A stretch of DNA of 34,377 nt from Candidatus Hermodarchaeota archaeon (lineage in GTDB: Archaea > Asgardarchaeota > Lokiarchaeia > Sigyniarchaeales > SOKP01), in the NCBI GenBank assembly GCA_048885525.1, contig JBHLLP010000036.1:1-34377 (forward strand), written 5' to 3'. Position 1 is the first letter of the stretch. Each line of letters starts with the position of its first letter. The notes below the pieces were generated by a model that saw only the letters and a list, made by a program, of their open reading frames with translations, did no database searches and was not told the DNA's origin. This document shows positions 29,891-34,377 of this stretch, in pieces. Position numbers and translations under genes: made by a program.

Positions 29891-30622
29891 ATTTCAATCG
29901 ATTGGGCTAAAGCCGAAATGAAACCAGATAAGAAGCTATCTGTTGAAGGAAAAGTATTATTGGATCTTAGATCTAAAATAAATAATTTAGAAAATCAAGT
30001 AAGTCAAAAAACCAAAGATTTAGAAAAAACTTTAGATGAGTTAAAAGCAACTAAAGAAAATCTCACCGAAACTGAGAAAAAGTTAACAACATTAAATAAG
30101 AGTTTTTCTACATCAAGTAAGGATTTTGAGAGAATAAAGGAAGAGAAGCTGTATGCAGATGCAGAGCTCAATAAATTGAGAACAGAAAAATCAAATTTGG
30201 AAACTAAATTAGCTGAATCCAGTTCTAAGGTTACAGAATTAGAAAATAAATTGAAAGAGTCCTCTATAAAAGTTGAGAGCTTAGAATCGGAAAAAAATGA
30301 TATTAAAAATCAGTTGGAAAAAGAAAAGGAAGAATTAAAAGAAAAAGTACAACAAAGAGTAAATGAAATCGAGGATCTTAAAAAAAATTTACAAAAAGAG
30401 ACTTCAGATAAATATGTAGAAATGGAGACTCTTAAAGATACTTTAAGCGCAAAAAAAGTTGAGATGAATGCTTTAAAGCAAAAAATTACTGCACTTGAAG
30501 ATACAATTTCCGAAGCTAAAGGGGCACCAAAACTCATTGAAAGCATAAAAGATATTATGATTACAAAGGGATTTTTATCAGATAGAGAGTTTGATGCCCT
30601 ATTAGAAAATAAAGAAATTTAG
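29891..30622 (+). CDS. Coiled-coil protein, paralog 2 (inferred ATT start 29891; first canonical start ATG 29918)
   Basis: Near-continuous heptads; SIDWAK..KPDKKLSVEGK and KGFLSDRE. Confidence 0.8.
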   Translation: MSIDWAKAEMKPDKKLSVEGKVLLDLRSKINNLENQVSQKTKDLEKTLDELKATKENLTETEKKLTTLNKSFSTSSKDFERIKEEKLYADAELNKLRTEKSNLETKLAESSSKVTELENKLKESSIKVESLESEKNDIKNQLEKEKEELKEKVQQRVNEIEDLKKNLQKETSDKYVEMETLKDTLSAKKVEMNALKQKITALEDTISEAKGAPKLIESIKDIMITKGFLSDREFDALLENKEI

Positions 30623-30646
30623 TAAACATTTTTATCTATTATTAGA

Positions 30647-31738
30647 ATGGTAAAATTAATTTGGGAAAAAAAAGATAGTGTTTCTAAACCAGAAGATATA
30701 GAAAAATATACTCCTAATTTTTTTAAAGCTTTCGAACATCATTCATCTAGTGATATTGAAAAACTAATTGAGTTTAAAAATTGTCAAAACTGGGTTAACA
30801 AATTATTTTGGGGAAATAATTTAGATGTTTTATATTTTTTATTAAAAAATTTTGAAGATAAAATTAATTTAATATATATTGACCCTCCATTCTTTTCTGG
30901 AACAAATTACCAAATTAAAATTAAGGAAGATGACAAATTCTATGACTCTATAGCATATTATGATCATTGGAATAATGATTTAAGCTCTTATTTACAAATG
31001 CTATATGAAAGAATATCATTAATCAAACAAATTCTCTCAAAAAATGGGTTATTTTTTATCCATTCAGATTGGCATGCTAATCACTACATACGATTAATTC
31101 TAGATGAAATTTTTGGAGAGAATAGATTTGTTAATGAAATTGTATGGTATTATTATAATAAGTATTCGGCTGGAAAGAAAAATCTTCCAAGAGCTCATGA
31201 TACGATTTTAGTATATTCTAATTCTAGTAATTACACTTTTAATGAATTAAGAATCCCTCGTAAAAAGCCAAGAAAGCAACTGATGAGAATAAATGTAGAG
31301 GGGGTACTGAAGAATTTAAAAGATAAAAATGGACATGTTAAATATCGAATAGTAAGAGATAAAAAATTAGATGATGTCTGGAAAATACCTTGTTTGCAAC
31401 CTGCCTCAAAAGAATGGACCGGGTTTCCTACGCAGAAACATCATAAATTGTTAGAAAGAATTATTAAATTAGGCTCAAATGAAGGAGACTTGATTGCAGA
31501 TTTTTTTTGTGGATCTGGAACGTCATTATTGACAGCTGAAAAATTAAAGCGAAGATGGATTGGATCTGATATTTCAGAATATTCAATATATTTGACAAAA
31601 AATAGGATTTTAAACCACCAAAATGCCGTAAAACAATTTTATCCATTTGAAATTCTCACAAATCTTGATACAGAGAAAAAAAATATTATTGATTCGGGAT
31701 TTTTTCAAAAAGAAATTTCAATTAACAGGAAAAAATAA
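30647..31738 (+). CDS. Site-specific DNA amino-methyltransferase (beta class, N6_N4_Mtase, Mod-like)
   Basis: Motif IV IYIDPPF precedes FPTQK and motif I DFFCGSGT. Confidence 0.92.
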   Translation: MVKLIWEKKDSVSKPEDIEKYTPNFFKAFEHHSSSDIEKLIEFKNCQNWVNKLFWGNNLDVLYFLLKNFEDKINLIYIDPPFFSGTNYQIKIKEDDKFYDSIAYYDHWNNDLSSYLQMLYERISLIKQILSKNGLFFIHSDWHANHYIRLILDEIFGENRFVNEIVWYYYNKYSAGKKNLPRAHDTILVYSNSSNYTFNELRIPRKKPRKQLMRINVEGVLKNLKDKNGHVKYRIVRDKKLDDVWKIPCLQPASKEWTGFPTQKHHKLLERIIKLGSNEGDLIADFFCGSGTSLLTAEKLKRRWIGSDISEYSIYLTKNRILNHQNAVKQFYPFEILTNLDTEKKNIIDSGFFQKEISINRKK

Positions 31739-31919
31739 GTTTTTTGATTTGTGTTTATTCTTAATTCACAAGAACATGAAAAATATTTCTCTTTTTTATG
31801 CTTTGTATTAAAATTAACTTCATATAAAGGAAAAAAAGTAAAAAAAAATTCAAAACGAAAAGTTTAGAATAATAATCGATCAAAATGGGATTAAAAGAGT
31901 ATTAGCGCCTGATCTTATT

Positions 31920-33347
31920 TTATAATTGAGTATGCACATTCCATCCTAAATAATTGGAAAGTGCTTCATTTACAATATCTCCAACTTCACTCAAAGATGC
32001 TGCTACATGATGTGCAAATCCCTCTTTACATACTATCTTTAAAATGTCTTGTAAATTTGAGATTTCTATAACACCATAACCTCCAAATGTATCTAACATG
32101 TCATCTGTATAATTACCCTCTACAATCAAAGCTTTAATTTCTCCAAAAAGATCATCAGTTTCCACTCGTAAAAGTGTACATGGTTTAGTTTTAATGCGTC
32201 CTTGGATTGCTCCAAAACTCACGTCTCCACCCTTTAGATCAGAAATGATAGGATGAATAGTCATTTTAGTGTCTTGAAAGAACGACTTTGGAAGGTTACT
32301 ACAGTGAAATAATACCATTTTATTCGGATCATCACCATAATTATTGTTCCAGTCTAGTATAGCCGAAGGACTCTCAGAAGCGATTTGTAATATTAACATT
32401 CCTATTAAACCAGAGATATCAACCTCACAAGCAGCTGGAACAAGTCCTTCACTAAATATACTCATTACTGCACAGGGTACAATACCAAAGTTATCTTGTA
32501 TAGAAGGCCAACATTGGAATGCAAATCCATCTAAATCATTCTCAGTTATCCAATTTTCAATTACAACTGCTAATTTTGCAAGTTTAATTAAACTATCTTC
32601 TGGAATTACATTTGTTGAAGTATAATTCAAGATGTATTCAATCTTTTCTTTTACTTTTGGATTATCATTAGTTAATTGATTTATATATCCAAAAATCTCT
32701 GATAAATCTATTGGCTCAATACTTATCCCATTAAATTCTAATATTTTTTCACTATATCGAACAGTCTCAAAAGCATTGGGTCTTGTTCCTATTTGACCCA
32801 ATCTCGCTCCTCTAAGTTTTTTTACGATTTTACATATTTTTTCAAACCTTTTTAAATCACCTTTAAAAATATCCGATTTTATGGGACATGTATGAAATTG
32901 GGTTAATGTAAATGGAATACCATATTGATATAATACATTTGTAACAGAAATCTTTCCACAAAATGCATCTCTTCGATGTATTCGATCCATCTTATCAAGT
33001 TCATCTGAAGAAGCGTGAATTAAAACAGGAACATTGAGATTTGCTAACTTTATAGTGTTAGCTACGGCTTTCTCATCACCAAAATTGCAAAGACACAAGA
33101 TAATTCCTAAAATTCTATCAGAATTCTTTTTGAAAAGTTCTGCACATTTTTTTGCATCAGAGTAAGTTTCAACGGCCCCTAATGGAGTATCTTCTTCATC
33201 TAATATAGTGTATTCATAACCCAATTCATTCATTACGTCTATAATATCTTTTCTACCTTCTTTTATTAAACGATCTGGAAATACATCTCTATTTCCTAAA
33301 ATTATCCCAAAAGATGATTTCAATTCTTTATGCTGAATAAATGACAT
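31920..33347 (-). CDS. L-fucose/L-arabinose isomerase family protein
   Basis: NFGDE, RDAFCGK.S, QCWP, ACEVD, LDWNN, FHCSN, FGGYG, GFAHH. Confidence 0.85.
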   Translation of the reverse strand: MSFIQHKELKSSFGIILGNRDVFPDRLIKEGRKDIIDVMNELGYEYTILDEEDTPLGAVETYSDAKKCAELFKKNSDRILGIILCLCNFGDEKAVANTIKLANLNVPVLIHASSDELDKMDRIHRRDAFCGKISVTNVLYQYGIPFTLTQFHTCPIKSDIFKGDLKRFEKICKIVKKLRGARLGQIGTRPNAFETVRYSEKILEFNGISIEPIDLSEIFGYINQLTNDNPKVKEKIEYILNYTSTNVIPEDSLIKLAKLAVVIENWITENDLDGFAFQCWPSIQDNFGIVPCAVMSIFSEGLVPAACEVDISGLIGMLILQIASESPSAILDWNNNYGDDPNKMVLFHCSNLPKSFFQDTKMTIHPIISDLKGGDVSFGAIQGRIKTKPCTLLRVETDDLFGEIKALIVEGNYTDDMLDTFGGYGVIEISNLQDILKIVCKEGFAHHVAASLSEVGDIVNEALSNYLGWNVHTQL

Positions 33348-33729
33348 TATTTAAAACCTTTAAATTTAATATTTAACTAAATAAGTAAATTCTCTTCTTG
33401 TTTTAACTTTTTTCTTAGAAAATAAAGAGAATAAATTTAATTATAAAAATTATAGGAAATCTTTCTTAATGATCTAATTGCGATAATTATAAATTGCATA
33501 TGTCTAAATCAGTGATTTTCACATCTATTCAATTAAATATGATTAAATGTTTATATACTTTTATTTATTGCATCGTACGATTTTGCCTTTATAAATTTCT
33601 TAAAGATCTATTCTTTAATTCTTTTTTTACTAATTATCCTTAAACTTTTTAATCACATTTAGGCTAAAAATACTTTATACTACTATAAACTATTTTCGTC
33701 AAGTTCTCACTTTCTGCTGGTATATCTAG

Positions 33730-33822
33730 TTGCAGTATTCGTGTTCAAAGTATATCTCAATTTCCAAATTAACTTTTCTTGTTGGAGCTGGATACTCGGT
33801 AGATACTCCTTTAAGTTTATGA
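33730..33822 (+). pseudogene. Remnant of a SIR2-like (SIR2_2) domain N-terminus
   Basis: Hand translation ...SKLTFLVGAGYSVDTPLSL*; matches the GAGxS NAD-binding strand-loop, then stops. Confidence 0.45.
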
Positions 33823-33884
33823 AATCTAAATTTTTTTTTCAAAAAAAGCTAAATCTTTTAAAAAATAAGTCTTTTTTTTCAAAA

Positions 33885-34244
33885 ATGAGCTATCTGCAAT
33901 TGTATATTTATCGTATAAAAAAGGAAAATCGCACCAAGTTCTTAGATAATATTCAGAAAGCGAAATTAGTTTATCAAAAATATGGTGCTGAAGGAGAAGA
34001 ACTGTTTTTATTGCACGAGAAGACTCCTAAGTATGGAGTAACAGGAATGTGGGACATAATACCTTTAGAAAGTAAAGAAGAATTATGGATTGGGATTTGT
34101 CGGTTCAAAGATAAAGAACATTGTGAAAATGTGATGAAAAAAGTTGATGAAGATCCCGAAACTGAAATTTTATACGAACAATTCGTCAATTCTGTCTGTG
34201 AAGCATCTCGAGTGATCCGAGGAGAATTCGAAAGAATAAACTAA
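33885..34244 (+). CDS. Small ferredoxin-fold (dimeric alpha/beta barrel) protein, DUF1428-like; the track start at 33741 is probably too long
   Basis: MSYLQLYIYRI...YQKYGA...FKDKEH...MKKVDEDP...VIRGEF. Confidence 0.7.
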   Translation: MSYLQLYIYRIKKENRTKFLDNIQKAKLVYQKYGAEGEELFLLHEKTPKYGVTGMWDIIPLESKEELWIGICRFKDKEHCENVMKKVDEDPETEILYEQFVNSVCEASRVIRGEFERIN

Positions 34245-34363
34245 TTTCACTCAAAATCGGGTTTTTACAAAAATGTTAAATATCGAGCAATAATAGTACG
34301 TCATGTATTTATACATTTTTGGCGAAATTATAATGAAAAAAACAATACTAAGTGGAGAAAATC

Positions 34364-34377
34364 ATGTCACTTATACC
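34364..34377 (+). CDS. Possible 5' end of the next gene (truncated by window edge)
   Basis: GGAG followed by ATG TCA CTT ATA. Confidence 0.35.

Noticed and set aside
33741-33884. 48-aa N-terminal extension of the last full ORF
   Set aside because: Translates low-complexity A/T runs; the domain begins at ATG 33885.
6952-34189. Remaining short ORFs nested in or antisense to longer genes (e.g. 6952, 7513, 8097, 10199, 13990, 17105, 18868, 21981, 25394, 26075, 27700, 30310, 32344, 33974)
   Set aside because: Overlap well-supported genes and show no independent coding signal.

Overview
An AT-rich (by eye about 30% GC) chromosomal window, most likely from an Asgard archaeon of the Lokiarchaeia/Promethearchaeota. 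The assignment rests on an IPGY-TM-KKK Loki-CTERM-type tail, a stand-alone Roadblock/LC7 gene, archaeal-type AsnRS and DUF123 nuclease, a bacterial-type gyrase and GGTGA-type ribosome-binding motifs. It holds gyrB-gyrA (gyrA runs off the left edge and is missing from the ORF track), a divergent folP / CofE-like ligase pair, asnS, gatA-gatB without gatC, assorted metabolic and membrane genes, an orphan DNA methyltransferase and a fucose/arabinose-isomerase-family gene. I recognised no rRNA, tRNA, CRISPR array or mobile element. Best new observations: (1) two tandem paralogous head-rod-tail coiled-coil genes whose conserved N-termini extend upstream of any ATG/GTG/TTG, implying ATT initiation in both; (2) an unannotated 57-aa protein with five CxxC motifs coupled to a GIY-YIG nuclease; (3) a PC4-like ssDNA-binding candidate; (4) hidden remnants of a Loki-CTERM surface protein and a SIR2-like gene; (5) a possible FolC2-type folate module. 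All family calls are by-eye motif recognition, not database results.
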